Origin: a virus
Taxonomy: Duplodnaviria; Caudoviricetes
DNA: 62,484 nt
Strand: one strand, 5' to 3'
IMG/VR virus record: IMGVR_UViG_3300021963_000131
Span: 1 to 62,484 of that record
The notes beneath the pieces are model-generated. The model ran no database searches. It was not told the DNA's origin and saw only the letters and a program-made list of their open reading frames with translations. Below are positions 26,960 through 37,800 of this stretch, piece by piece. The translations under genes were made by a program, and so were the position numbers. Each line of letters begins with the position of its first letter. Positions within the stretch are counted from its first letter, which is position 1.

Positions 26960-27358
26960 ATGGATGCCATTCCATTGGACAAATTGACGAGGGTGTACAT
27001 CAAGATGCGCACCCGAATCCAAGAGCTAACCAAAGAATACGAGTCGCAGATTGAGGAACTGAAGTTGCAGCAGGATGATGTTAAAGCTGCAATCAAGGAC
27101 CAATTGAAAGCGCTCGGTAGTAAGTCGGTACGCACCGACTACGGTACTGTTACTTTAACTATAAAGAAACGGTACTCAACCCAAGACTGGGACGCCTTTA
27201 AGCACTTTGTCGTGGAGCACGATGCGCTTGATCTTTTTGAGAAGCGTATTGCTCAATCCAACATGAACAAATTTCTTGAAGAAAATCCCACGCTTGTTCC
27301 CCCCGGTCTGCAAGCAGATACGGAATACGATGTCTCTGTAAGGAAACCAACCAAATGA
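26960..27358 (+). CDS. Coiled-coil protein of the replication module
   Basis: AAGGAG SD; coiled coil followed by T.YGT and DWDAF. Confidence 0.65.
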   Translation: MDAIPLDKLTRVYIKMRTRIQELTKEYESQIEELKLQQDDVKAAIKDQLKALGSKSVRTDYGTVTLTIKKRYSTQDWDAFKHFVVEHDALDLFEKRIAQSNMNKFLEENPTLVPPGLQADTEYDVSVRKPTK

Positions 27359-28269
27359 GTAACGTAGCTGTTTTTAATCCATCTAAAGTCCCCACGTTTG
27401 CCAAAGGCAGAACCTCCGCACTTTCACAAGCACTCGGTGGTAACGCTGGTGGTGGGCGTAAGGGCAAGAGCATCTCCATCCGTGGTGGTGTGTTTCGTTT
27501 AATCAGTGACGGTAAAGAAGTTGCCGCTATTGATGATCGTCATCTTGACGTTGTGATCGTTGCCGCTGCCCCCAAGATTGGGCGCACTTTCTTTGCTGAG
27601 AAGTACGAGGAAGGCAAGAACGTAGGCCCAACTTGTTGGTCAGCAGACGGTGATAAGCCTGACGCTAAAGCTGCTAACCCGCAACACAGCAACTGCGCTG
27701 ACTGCCCCCAGAACATTCAGGGTAGCGGTGAGGGTACAAGTCGCGCCTGTGGTTTCAAGCAACCGATTGCTGTGGTACTAGCAAACGATATTGGTGGTGA
27801 CGCACTTGCACTTACCCTTCCTGCCACTAGCATCTTTGGTAAAGAAGTTAATGGCGATATGCCTTTGAAGGCATATGCTGCGTGGCTTGCTGCACAGGGC
27901 ATCAACCCTGAAGAAGTTGTCACTCGTATGCGGTTCGATACGAAAGCTGCTGTACCCAAGCTGTATTTCAAAACCATGCGCTGGCTGTCAGACGACGAGT
28001 TTGCAAACGTTGAGCCAAAGCTTGATTCTGAAGAAGTTCAGAAGATGGCAACGCTTTCGTTCACACCGTCTGCTCCTCAAGTTGCAGCCCCTGCACCTAT
28101 GCTTGAAGGTACACGCCCTAAAGCTGCGGCAAGCAGAAAGAAAGCTGTTGAAGTTGATGACGCTGGCGACGAAGAACCCGCAGTGCGTAAAGAAGCTGCC
28201 CCTACTAACGCGGTGCCCAAGAAGTCTGGGATTGCTGCTACTGTAGATGCTTGGGATACCGACGACTAA
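27355..28269 (+). CDS. Putative ssDNA-binding/annealing protein
   Basis: CWS.DG..P and C..CP.N..GS...C motifs; flexible acidic tail ending DAWDTDD. Confidence 0.6.
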   Translation: MSNVAVFNPSKVPTFAKGRTSALSQALGGNAGGGRKGKSISIRGGVFRLISDGKEVAAIDDRHLDVVIVAAAPKIGRTFFAEKYEEGKNVGPTCWSADGDKPDAKAANPQHSNCADCPQNIQGSGEGTSRACGFKQPIAVVLANDIGGDALALTLPATSIFGKEVNGDMPLKAYAAWLAAQGINPEEVVTRMRFDTKAAVPKLYFKTMRWLSDDEFANVEPKLDSEEVQKMATLSFTPSAPQVAAPAPMLEGTRPKAAASRKKAVEVDDAGDEEPAVRKEAAPTNAVPKKSGIAATVDAWDTDD

Positions 28270-28274
28270 TTAAC

Positions 28275-28293
28275 AGGGGGCGCAAGCCCCCTT
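28275..28293 (+). terminator. GC hairpin with a GCAA tetraloop after the SSB-like gene
   Basis: GGGGGC-GCAA-GCCCCC; the T tail is short. Confidence 0.5.
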
Positions 28294-28300
28294 ACACACT

Positions 28301-28579
28301 ATGCCCTACTCTGAACGAACCAAAAACTCAGTTAAACACGCCCCACGTACGCTAGGCTCGCGCCTTGGACGATGGGCCATACACCGAGACTTCTCTGTAC
28401 TACGTATTTCAAAATTTACTGGAGCGACAAGGCAGACGGTTTACAACTGGATGTCAGGCGTGGAGGTCACCCCTGCCTACCGCTCACGTGTACAGGAACT
28501 CATCAATATTCTTGAAAGGCAACCAACAGCCGATCACGCATGGAGACAGATATGCGAGGACTACAACCTACAAGCATGA
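28301..28579 (+). CDS. HTH transcriptional regulator
   Basis: ISKFTGATRQTVYNWMSG helix-turn-helix. Confidence 0.75.
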   Translation: MPYSERTKNSVKHAPRTLGSRLGRWAIHRDFSVLRISKFTGATRQTVYNWMSGVEVTPAYRSRVQELINILERQPTADHAWRQICEDYNLQA

Positions 28580-28734
28580 CAGACTCAGAGCTGTTGAATT
28601 ATTGTGAAATTAATTGGGAGGAAGTTGAACCTGCGTACTTGAAAGAGTTAATACAACGTATGGCGCGTTACATAGAAACGCACGTACCTGACATCGCTGA
28701 GCCAAAAGACGGACGCCAGTTACCCCTGTTCTGA
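28576..28734 (+). CDS. Small hypothetical protein
   Basis: ATGA coupling; C-terminal QLPLF resembles a beta-clamp-binding motif. Confidence 0.5.
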   Translation: MTDSELLNYCEINWEEVEPAYLKELIQRMARYIETHVPDIAEPKDGRQLPLF

Positions 28735-28748
28735 CCTGTGGAGTTTTC

Positions 28749-31619
28749 ATGCAACCGCAAGAGTTTCTGGCGGCAGTCCTCCCATCGACGGGCGTGTACT
28801 GTATAGCCGAGCTAACAAGTAAAAAGAAAGAGCATGTTTTTGCAACAAACTTAGGAGAGTTTCAGCATGTCGTAGATACGTGGGTTAAGAACAGGCAGGA
28901 CGTTTACTTCGCACTTGCTACCTTCAAACAAGAAGGAAGTCGTACCGCTAAAAATGCAGAGTTCATACGCGCTGCATTTCTAGATATGGACGGGTACGAA
29001 ACCAAGCGTGATGCTGCCGAGGCGTTGGATGTGTTCCTTGAAAAGACCGACCTTGCGCAGTTAGGCCAGCCACTTGTCGTTGATTCAGGTGGTGGGCTTC
29101 ATGTGTATTGGCCGTTCACTGAAGACATACCGATTGATGTTTGGAAACCTGTTGCAGAGAACTTAAAGCGTTTGTGTGCACAGGAGAACATGCGCATCGA
29201 CAACAGCGTGACGGCTGATGCAGCGCGTGTGCTGCGCATACCGGGTACTGTTAACTTCAAACCAAAGTACCCCAAACCTCGTGCTGTGCGTATCATGGTG
29301 GAGGCGAAGCCCAGAGCATTTGACTTTGGTACGTTCTCTGGACAACTCATTAAGAAGCTAAACGGACATGCCTATAGCCCCTTACTGGCACAGAAGATTG
29401 AGATCGAAGGCGAACGACCTAAAGGCGCACGGTCAGAGTCAGCGATCAAGATGTTTGACAATCTGCAAAGCGAGTTTAAGCTTTTGTGGATTAAGACGAT
29501 TGAAGGCACAGGTTGTAAACAGCTTCAGTACTACAAGGACCACGCCAGTGAAGACGGCATGGAACCGCTATGGCGAGGCCTACTATCTTGGACAACGCGT
29601 TGTACAGATGGAGGTGACTATGCGAGCCGCATTTCGGAGATGCACCCGTATGACGAAGATCGTATGCGGCAGAAGCTGCGTGAGATTAAAGGCCCGTATC
29701 CGTGCGTCAAGATGGATAGCGAGAATCCGGGCGTTTGTACAAAGTGCCCGCACTGGGGAAAGATAACTAATCCACTCATCCTGTGCCGCACGGTGGCAAC
29801 GGATAACACTGAGAAACATATTGAGATACATAACGAGGAAGAAGAACTTCCCGTACAGATTGTTCGCCCTGCACCCCCACGGGGTTACAGCTACGGTGCA
29901 AAGGGTGGCGTGTTTGCCGACAAGACGCTTGAGGACGACGAAGGAAAGAAGACTAAAAAATCCGTCATGATCCTGCCGTACACATTGTTTGCGGTGGACA
30001 TTCTCAAACAGCCAACGGGTGAGCATGTTGTCCACATGATTGCCGAACGCGACGACGAGTACCACGACATACTGCTCAATCAAAAGTCAGTCGTCAGTAA
30101 AGACGAAACCGTTAAGACTCTCGCAGCACAAAACATCATTGCCTCAACAGGCTCAGGCAACGACAAGAACTTGTTTGAGTACGTGCGCGGGTGTGTGGAA
30201 AAGGCTAGCGTATCTCAGCAACCGCTTGTCATACCGTCAAACTACGGATGGCAGAATCACGACCGTCTGCTGACAGGGCACAACGCGCCCTTTGTGCATG
30301 GTGGCATGGTGTACCAGAACGGTGTGGCGCGTAAGGTTCCCATGCCTGACCTCCAGAACATCACAGCTAGTATGCGCTCGATGGGCACTCTGGACGGATG
30401 GAAGAACATCATACAAGTGCTGATTGATAAAGGACTCGACGACATACTGGCTATGCTCTGCGTGGGGTTGGGCTCGCCGTTCATGGCGTTCAGTAAGCTG
30501 GCGGGGATGACATTTCACTTGGGGTCTACGGAGTCCGGCACGGGTAAATCGTTAGCGTTACGTTTGGCAGCTAGCGTGTGGGGGCATCCTGATCACTTCC
30601 GTGTCAGCCGCTCTACGTCTGACGTAGCCATGATTCACCATGCAGGGATGCTTGGTTCAGTACCGCTGATCTCTGACGAGATTACGGTTAAGAACCGGCG
30701 TGATTTTGAATGGTTCCCTGCCATGTTGTTTGACTTCAGTGAGGGTAAGGGCAAGGAGCGCATGGAGTCAGGTGCGAACAAAGAGAGGATCAACACTACA
30801 GCATGGTCACTGCTTGCACTGATGGCATCGAACACGCACGTGGTGGACTACATGACGGGTAACCGCAAGCACTCATCTGAAGGTGAGCTGCGCCGTGTAC
30901 TTGAGCTGACACTCACGAACACGTTAACGTGGGACGATCATGAGCGTGATGCCATCGTGTCGCTGTCACAGAACTACGGGGTAGTCGGTCCCCACTATGC
31001 GAAATGGTTGTCTCAGAATGCGATGGAAGCACAGAAGCTGTACAAGAAGATTGAGAAACACATTCGCATGGACTTCCGCTCACCCGATGATGAACGCTTC
31101 TGGACAGCAGGCTGCACATCTTGTATCGCTGGGGCTGTTGCTATGGGCAGTAAACACATGGGGCTGATTGATCTGCCTGTTGAGCGCATCATGCGTGTGT
31201 TCCGTAACCTAGTGTTTAAGAGCAGGGACACTGTGCAGAGCAGCAAGCGCACAGTCGAGGATGTACTCAACAGCTATACACGCGAGTTCTACGGTAAGTT
31301 TGTTGTCATCAAGGCTGTGGACGGTACGCTCGCTGCAACGCTCGGTGACGGTGGTGTGATCGATGAAACCATATCTCGGTCTGAGATTGCAGGGCGTGTT
31401 GAACACGGGCTGACGCCGGGGTACATCGACTACGTGATTGAAGAAAACTTACTGAAGTCTTACTGCGCATCCATGAGTTTTGGATACGCAGACTTTAAGA
31501 AGCAGATCGAGAGGCTGTACCGTGTGACATACGGTAAGACAGACTTGATGAAGAAAACCCGTGGGCCACAGATGCGCGTCAATGCAATCCGAATCTCAAT
31601 GCCAGAAATCGAAGACTGA
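28749..31619 (+). CDS. Primase-helicase fusion (AEP/RepB-like primase plus DUF927-type helicase)
   Basis: FLDMD, SGGGLHVYW, RVLRIPGT.N.K, CxxC, Walker A ESGTGKS, Walker B ISDE. Confidence 0.88.
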   Translation: MQPQEFLAAVLPSTGVYCIAELTSKKKEHVFATNLGEFQHVVDTWVKNRQDVYFALATFKQEGSRTAKNAEFIRAAFLDMDGYETKRDAAEALDVFLEKTDLAQLGQPLVVDSGGGLHVYWPFTEDIPIDVWKPVAENLKRLCAQENMRIDNSVTADAARVLRIPGTVNFKPKYPKPRAVRIMVEAKPRAFDFGTFSGQLIKKLNGHAYSPLLAQKIEIEGERPKGARSESAIKMFDNLQSEFKLLWIKTIEGTGCKQLQYYKDHASEDGMEPLWRGLLSWTTRCTDGGDYASRISEMHPYDEDRMRQKLREIKGPYPCVKMDSENPGVCTKCPHWGKITNPLILCRTVATDNTEKHIEIHNEEEELPVQIVRPAPPRGYSYGAKGGVFADKTLEDDEGKKTKKSVMILPYTLFAVDILKQPTGEHVVHMIAERDDEYHDILLNQKSVVSKDETVKTLAAQNIIASTGSGNDKNLFEYVRGCVEKASVSQQPLVIPSNYGWQNHDRLLTGHNAPFVHGGMVYQNGVARKVPMPDLQNITASMRSMGTLDGWKNIIQVLIDKGLDDILAMLCVGLGSPFMAFSKLAGMTFHLGSTESGTGKSLALRLAASVWGHPDHFRVSRSTSDVAMIHHAGMLGSVPLISDEITVKNRRDFEWFPAMLFDFSEGKGKERMESGANKERINTTAWSLLALMASNTHVVDYMTGNRKHSSEGELRRVLELTLTNTLTWDDHERDAIVSLSQNYGVVGPHYAKWLSQNAMEAQKLYKKIEKHIRMDFRSPDDERFWTAGCTSCIAGAVAMGSKHMGLIDLPVERIMRVFRNLVFKSRDTVQSSKRTVEDVLNSYTREFYGKFVVIKAVDGTLAATLGDGGVIDETISRSEIAGRVEHGLTPGYIDYVIEENLLKSYCASMSFGYADFKKQIERLYRVTYGKTDLMKKTRGPQMRVNAIRISMPEIED

Positions 31620-31803
31620 GTTTCCCTTCCCGTGGGAGCACGTTCCACCGGGAGGGGGTTTCTTCGTCCCTACACTCAATCCACAACGTACTATAGAGAA
31701 AGCACACAGGGCGGCAATCGACGCCCGTGTGTTTCGATTTACTACTACCGTTTGTATTATCCAGCAGAAGCTTGGCGTCTATTTTCAGCGGTGGCGCGTA
31801 TAA
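31582..31803 (+). CDS. Small putative DNA-binding protein (FPW....G..FFVP motif); start uncertain
   Basis: Last plus-strand ORF, converging on the giant gene. Confidence 0.5.
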   Translation: MQSESQCQKSKTEFPFPWEHVPPGGGFFVPTLNPQRTIEKAHRAAIDARVFRFTTTVCIIQQKLGVYFQRWRV

Positions 31804-34800
31804 AGTTCTGCGCGTAGTTGATTCTTATCTGACGGATGCGCTCAAGCTCTGCTCGCTTCTGTTGAGGTGTCATGTCCTTGCGCTCGCGCACCTGTCGTTC
31901 GTAGGTAGCGTACTCGCCCATCTGTTGACGGAAAGATCCAGCCGAGGAAGCCAGTGAGATCAGCCCACGATTCTCTTGCAAGAACTCTTTGGCTGTTTCG
32001 TCATCACCCTTACGCATCAGCTCTTTGTACGTCTGCTGGCGTTGTTGAATGTTGCTGACAATCTCATATGCGTAGTTGATGAGCCCTTGAGCATCACGAG
32101 GCTGGAACAAACCACCAACAACTGGCATATCGCTAGGACGCATTTCAGCCGGAACTTTTCCGGGCTTCTCCAACACGGTGTTAGCCATGCTGGTCAACGC
32201 AAGTCCCAGCCCACCAAAGTATCCGCGAATGAGATAGTCAATCTGTATGGGCGATACACCGTATTCTTTACCTCCCACCGTAAAGCTGGCAAGACCGCTT
32301 AACGTTTTGGCAATCTCAGTGGTGTTTGACCTCATGCGTTGCGAAGGCGTAAACGCTTGTTCACGCTCGCTTTCAATACCGCGCCATGAGAAGAAGGAGT
32401 AGTTGGTCGCTACTTCAAGTGCTGGCTTAATAGCTTGCGGTATGAAACCGGGGATGCTGTTGAACAGAATGCTGCGTATGGCAGGGAACACTTGTCCAGC
32501 TTCTGCTTTACCAGACGACATGTTAACAATCATCTCAGGCAGTGCTTTAAACAGGTAGCCAACTTCAAACGGAATAGGTATGCGTACAGGTTCATCAAAC
32601 CCCGGCACGTACACAAAGAAGTTGTTGTACTTCTCATCAGGGTTAGCGTTCTTGTACGCTTCGTCGTCTTCCATCATGGCTGCATACGCTAGCGTCAATC
32701 CTGCAAGCAACATACCTCGCTGCCAGAATTTCTTGCGCACCTGCAAACGATCATTGAAAGGCATTCCCTTTGAGAAGCCCGAACGGTACAGCACGTCAAG
32801 ACCTTGGATCTGCGCATTCATGAACGGAACCATCATGGACATCAGGAACACGGAGGGGGACAACCCACGACGGTTAAAGTTCATCGACTCCAGCGTAGCG
32901 AGTGTGGCTTCCATATCGGACAGCCCCTGCTTGCGGAAATCGTTGTACAACACCACACGGGTAGAGGCGTCACCTTGAATAGCCAGCGCATCGAGCTTAG
33001 CCAGCTTAGTTGCCCACCCTTCTTTACCGCTTGCAATGTCTCGCAGGATGATACTCAAGTCTTCCGACGTACCAGTAAACACCTGCCCACCAAGCACACC
33101 ACGTTCACGTAACGCAGTCTCGCCTTCACTCTTGCCCTGACGCATTTTGCCCAGTTCTTTAAGCGAAGAGATTACAGGGATAAGGTTGCCGCCTGTCGTG
33201 AGCGCAGCCGATGTAGAGTCACGGAACAACTGCCTGAACGCATACAGCGGGTTACGTGTAACAAACAGTCGCAACGCACGGGCAGGAATGTTAAACATCT
33301 GTACAAGCTGTGGCACAGTGACTGCCACGCCCTCAAGACCTTTAACCAATAGCTCTGCGGGCACACCAAACGCTTCTGTGTCAATCACAGCGTGCATGTC
33401 TTCGCCACGTTCTTTGAAGCGTATGACGTTTGTACCTGCCGGTCCGTCACCCTTACCAATTTTGGCTACTGGAGAAAGGGTCGTGCCAAGGTCACGCAAC
33501 GTGTAAGCAACATTCTTGGTTGCAATATTGCGCAACGCAAGATCAACAAACATGTTGGTGTTTTGGACTGAGCTTGTAAAGAAGTCCAGAATCTTTGTGT
33601 TACCACCAACAAGTTGGTCTAAGTACGGTTGGTCTTTTAAGTTGCCTATTTTGATAGGACTAATTTCCCCACCAAGCATTAACTGAACAACGCCATTCTG
33701 CACACGGTAGTACGGTATGTAGTCGTTGGTGCTGAGCAGTTTGTTTTCTTGCTCTTTACTCAACGCCCCTGTCTGCACAGCAAAGTTAACAAGCCCTTTG
33801 TTGTACTCGTTATAAAGCTTACGTGCTTGTTCAAAGGGCGCTTTAATCTCAGGATGGGCGTCGATGTACTTCTTAAACCCAATCAAGTCACTCATCTTGA
33901 TCGACGGGTCAAAGTTCAGTGTCTCTAGCCCCACACGCTCAGCACGAATTGCAGCCATCCATGTGGTAAACATCTTATTGGCTGCATCCACATTCATATT
34001 TGGGATGCCCTTCAATGCAGCGGCAACATCTTTAAGAGAAGTTGTACCCCCGCTGCGCACCAAAAACTCTTCACTTCCATCAGCGCGTTTTTTCTTATCC
34101 AGAATCAGCGCACCGTTATTAACTGCTTCAGCCGTAAAGTTGTTGCGTTGATCGTGCATCCGCAAGAAGTATTGCATTTGCGTTGCAGCAAGCGAGTCTT
34201 TCATCTGCGAAGCTATGCGCATCACAGGTTCAAAACGATCAATATACTTGGTACGGAACACCATGCCGGTGTTACCACCAAAGATCTTGTCAGTTACGCT
34301 TGCAGGAGCGCCAACGAGTTTGTTAGTAATGTCTACAAAGTTTGTGGGCATGTCGGCAGGGAAAGCACCCTCACCTCTCCTAAACACAACATTACCATCA
34401 GCCGAACGGTATGCGCCTGTAGCACCTGACTTCATCACTTTGCGGGACTGTCTTAACAGATAGTAAACATCTGAGGCACTCAACGCGCCGTATCTGTTCA
34501 GCCCAAGCACTTCACGGAATACTTTACGCAGTGCGCCAATCATCTCCTGCACAAACCGTTTGATAGCACCAACGTTAGATTCAGTAACCCGTGCCTCTTC
34601 AACGTGTGCAATCAGCTCTCTTACAGCAGCGCGTTGCTGACCAATAACAGAAGCGCCAACACTTTGCAGGTTGATGATAGTGCCAGCCACTTCATCGTGC
34701 ACACCCATCTCTTTAGCTAGCCCAAGTATGCCCCCCGGCTGTGAATCAACACGGAAGACAAGATCATCAAGCCCACGCTCACCAAGCACCGTGTCAACGC

Positions 34801-37800
34801 CGTAGTGTCCAACTAACTCGTGTGCAATCGTGGTTTCAAGGTCAAGCATGTTGCCGTGGTTAGATCCAATGATGACAACCGTGCCATCCGGCATAACACC
34901 CCCACGCACTTTGGCAGTGTCTTGATCCATGCCTTGTTGCATGAGTGCGCGAATAAAACTCTTAGGCGCATCAAACAGTGTTTCAGCGTAAACAAGCTTG
35001 ACGCCTTTTGGCAAGCTAGCTTTAACTTGTTCAATTTTTTGACGTGCTTCTTTAAGGTCAACCATTGACCCTGCTTCATCATCAACACGGAAACTTGTTT
35101 CTCCCGCTGGGCCTGTTGATACAAGAAGCGTAGCGTCGTTTGTAAACTCAGTAACTTTTTCAGCAGTTGTGTCAAGACCAAACCGAGCGTTACGTGCGGC
35201 TGCTGTTTTTGCTCCTTGTAGAGCAAGACGTTCACGACGCTTCTCAGCAAGGGCAATATCAATGTCTGGCGTTTTACCCATTGCCAAACGTTGATCTGCT
35301 CCACCTCCTCTGAGTGGTTTAAGGCGTTGCTGCTTTGTTGCTACTTTTTCACCAGCAATAATTTCTTTGCCTGTATCGGTTAGGCGTGTTTGTTGCTCAG
35401 CTCGTGCTGCCGCATACATCTCAGCAGTTGTAAGGAGTACAGTATCTCCCTGCAACGCTGCAAGATCCGTACGAAGTTCTTTAATTTTGCCTTGAAGCTT
35501 TGACCGTTTTTGTGTGTCTGCATCAGGCGCGTCACGAAGTTCCTTGTTGGTTTTATCAATTAAAGACTGTATTTTTTCTTCAACGCTTTCGTCCGGCGCT
35601 TTGTATTTTTTAGCAAGCCGTTCAACCGCTGCTTGATAATTCTTCTCAATGTTGCGCTGCTCTTTTAACCAAACAGGCGTTTCGTTGAGCAACAATTTGC
35701 GCTCGTTTGAAAAGTCTTCCAAATAAACTGTACCGCCTCTGATCTCGTTCAAGCTTTCGCTCGACATATCGTTGGCATTTTTCTTATCGATTGCTTCTTC
35801 GATTTTTGTTTCTAGCGCACTAATTTTTTCCGTGAGCTTTTCAATCTGCTTGGGTTTTGTTGCTTGTTTAAGTTGTTTGTTAAGCGCGGCAACCTGAGCC
35901 CTAGATTCTTTGATGACTTTTAAGTTTGCTTTTACAAAATTGTTGTGCGCATTAATGTCGTTGATTTGCTGCTGAAGCGAAGCAACCTGCTGATCAATAA
36001 CAGTAGTTCTGTCTACGGTTTGTTTTTTACCATCAACAAAAAGCGTAACAACATCTTTCTGCTTTTGCGCAATTTTGCGAGCTTTCTTTAGTGCGTTGAT
36101 ACGCGTTTTTAACTCGGCAATAGTAGATGTAACAGGCAGTAAAACTTTGATTTGTTCTTTAGGCGTCGTAACGCGACGTGTAGCAGGAACAACTTTGTAT
36201 CTGTTAGTGATACCAAAAAACGCTTCGTTAATCGAGACAATGCCGTCCATCGCAGCAAGCTCTGCCTCTCTAATGCGTTTGTTCCTATCGTTAGCGTCCG
36301 CCATTTCTTTACGTACGCTTTCAAGCTGTGCAACAAGCGCACGTTGTTTATCCTGCTCAGTTTTTTGAGCACGTTCTTCGCCAATGTTTCTTTCGGCTCC
36401 GGGAAGTTGTTTAATTCTTTCAAGCCGCGCTTTCAAGCGATCAAGCTTTTCACGCTCTTGCTGTACACGAGAATCAAGCGCAGCTTGTAAACTAAGCTCT
36501 TGTTCAGTCAGTGCAGTTGGGCCTTGTTCAACAAGCTCATTGTATGCAATTTGCGTTTGATATAACGCAGACAGCGCATCGCTGTGATCTGCTTCAAGTT
36601 TTTTGAGCCGCGTATTTAAATCAACAACATCTTGATAAAAAGAATCCCCTTCTGTGCCTTGCAAAGAATTTTGCATTGCTTCAAGCCATGTTTTTATTTT
36701 GCTAATTTCATTTTCAAGTTTTTTAACGCGATCAACCAAAGGAGGGATGTCAGCCTCTAGCGTCTTTATATCTTCAATAAATTTTACAATTCCATTTGCT
36801 ACATCGTTAACCCCTGAAATCACTTTTCGTACTTCACCAAGCGTTTTTAGCGTTATGACTTCTTGATTGCGTACATCTTCAACAGCTTGGCTTATACGCT
36901 GTCGCAGCTCAATAACTTGCTTTCCGCGAATAATCTGTTGCGTTTCAGCAGCTTGCTTGTTAAGAAGTTGCTTAATGCCATTAATAACTTTAATGGAAGC
37001 TGCAAAAATTTCAGGTGTGCTACGTATAAATACCCTAGCGTCTTCACTATCGCTAAACAACTCAAGCTGCTGTTCCAACGTGGTTACTTCAGACTCACGT
37101 CTTAGCAATTCCTGAATCTTAGGCAGCAGTTCTGCTTGCCCTAAGTTATAGCGCATGGTTGGCACATCAGGCGCTTTTGCATTTATTAAGTCGTTTAGTT
37201 CGTCCCGCAACTTATCAATAGCCGCTTCACGTTCTTTTATCTGCTCCACTGTTATAAGGGCAGCGCGTTGTTCTGGCTTTAACGGTTTTTGTAATGCTTT
37301 TTGTGCATCTGCAATATCGCGGTCGAGTGCTGCACGAGCTTCAAGAATTTCTTGTTGCTTTGCTTCTTGCTGTTTAAGATTTTCTTTTTTCCAAGCACGT
37401 TCGTTTTTATTTACTTGTGCTTCTGTGCTAATTGGAAGTTCAGCAGTGCCTGCACGAGAAGCTAATACTTTTCCTTCTGTGCGTTTTGACCCAAGTACCA
37501 ACTGCAACATACGTGGTGCTTGCCCACGCAGATTAGGATCATTGGTGTTAAACGGCATATCAATACCGTTGATGATGCGGTCGGTTTGTTCCAACACAGC
37601 ATCAACTAACTCTTCAGACGGTTTTGAAATTGTTTCAAATTCTGCAAACGCTTGTGCAAGCTTGGGATCAAACCCTAAGTTTGTAACTGCTACACGATTG
37701 CGAATACGCTCAATTTGATCAAGGGCTGTTCTAAGTTTTGCCTCTGGTGTGCCACGAGCTTTTTCTGCACGAAGCTCAAAAAGTTTCTGAGACTCACCAC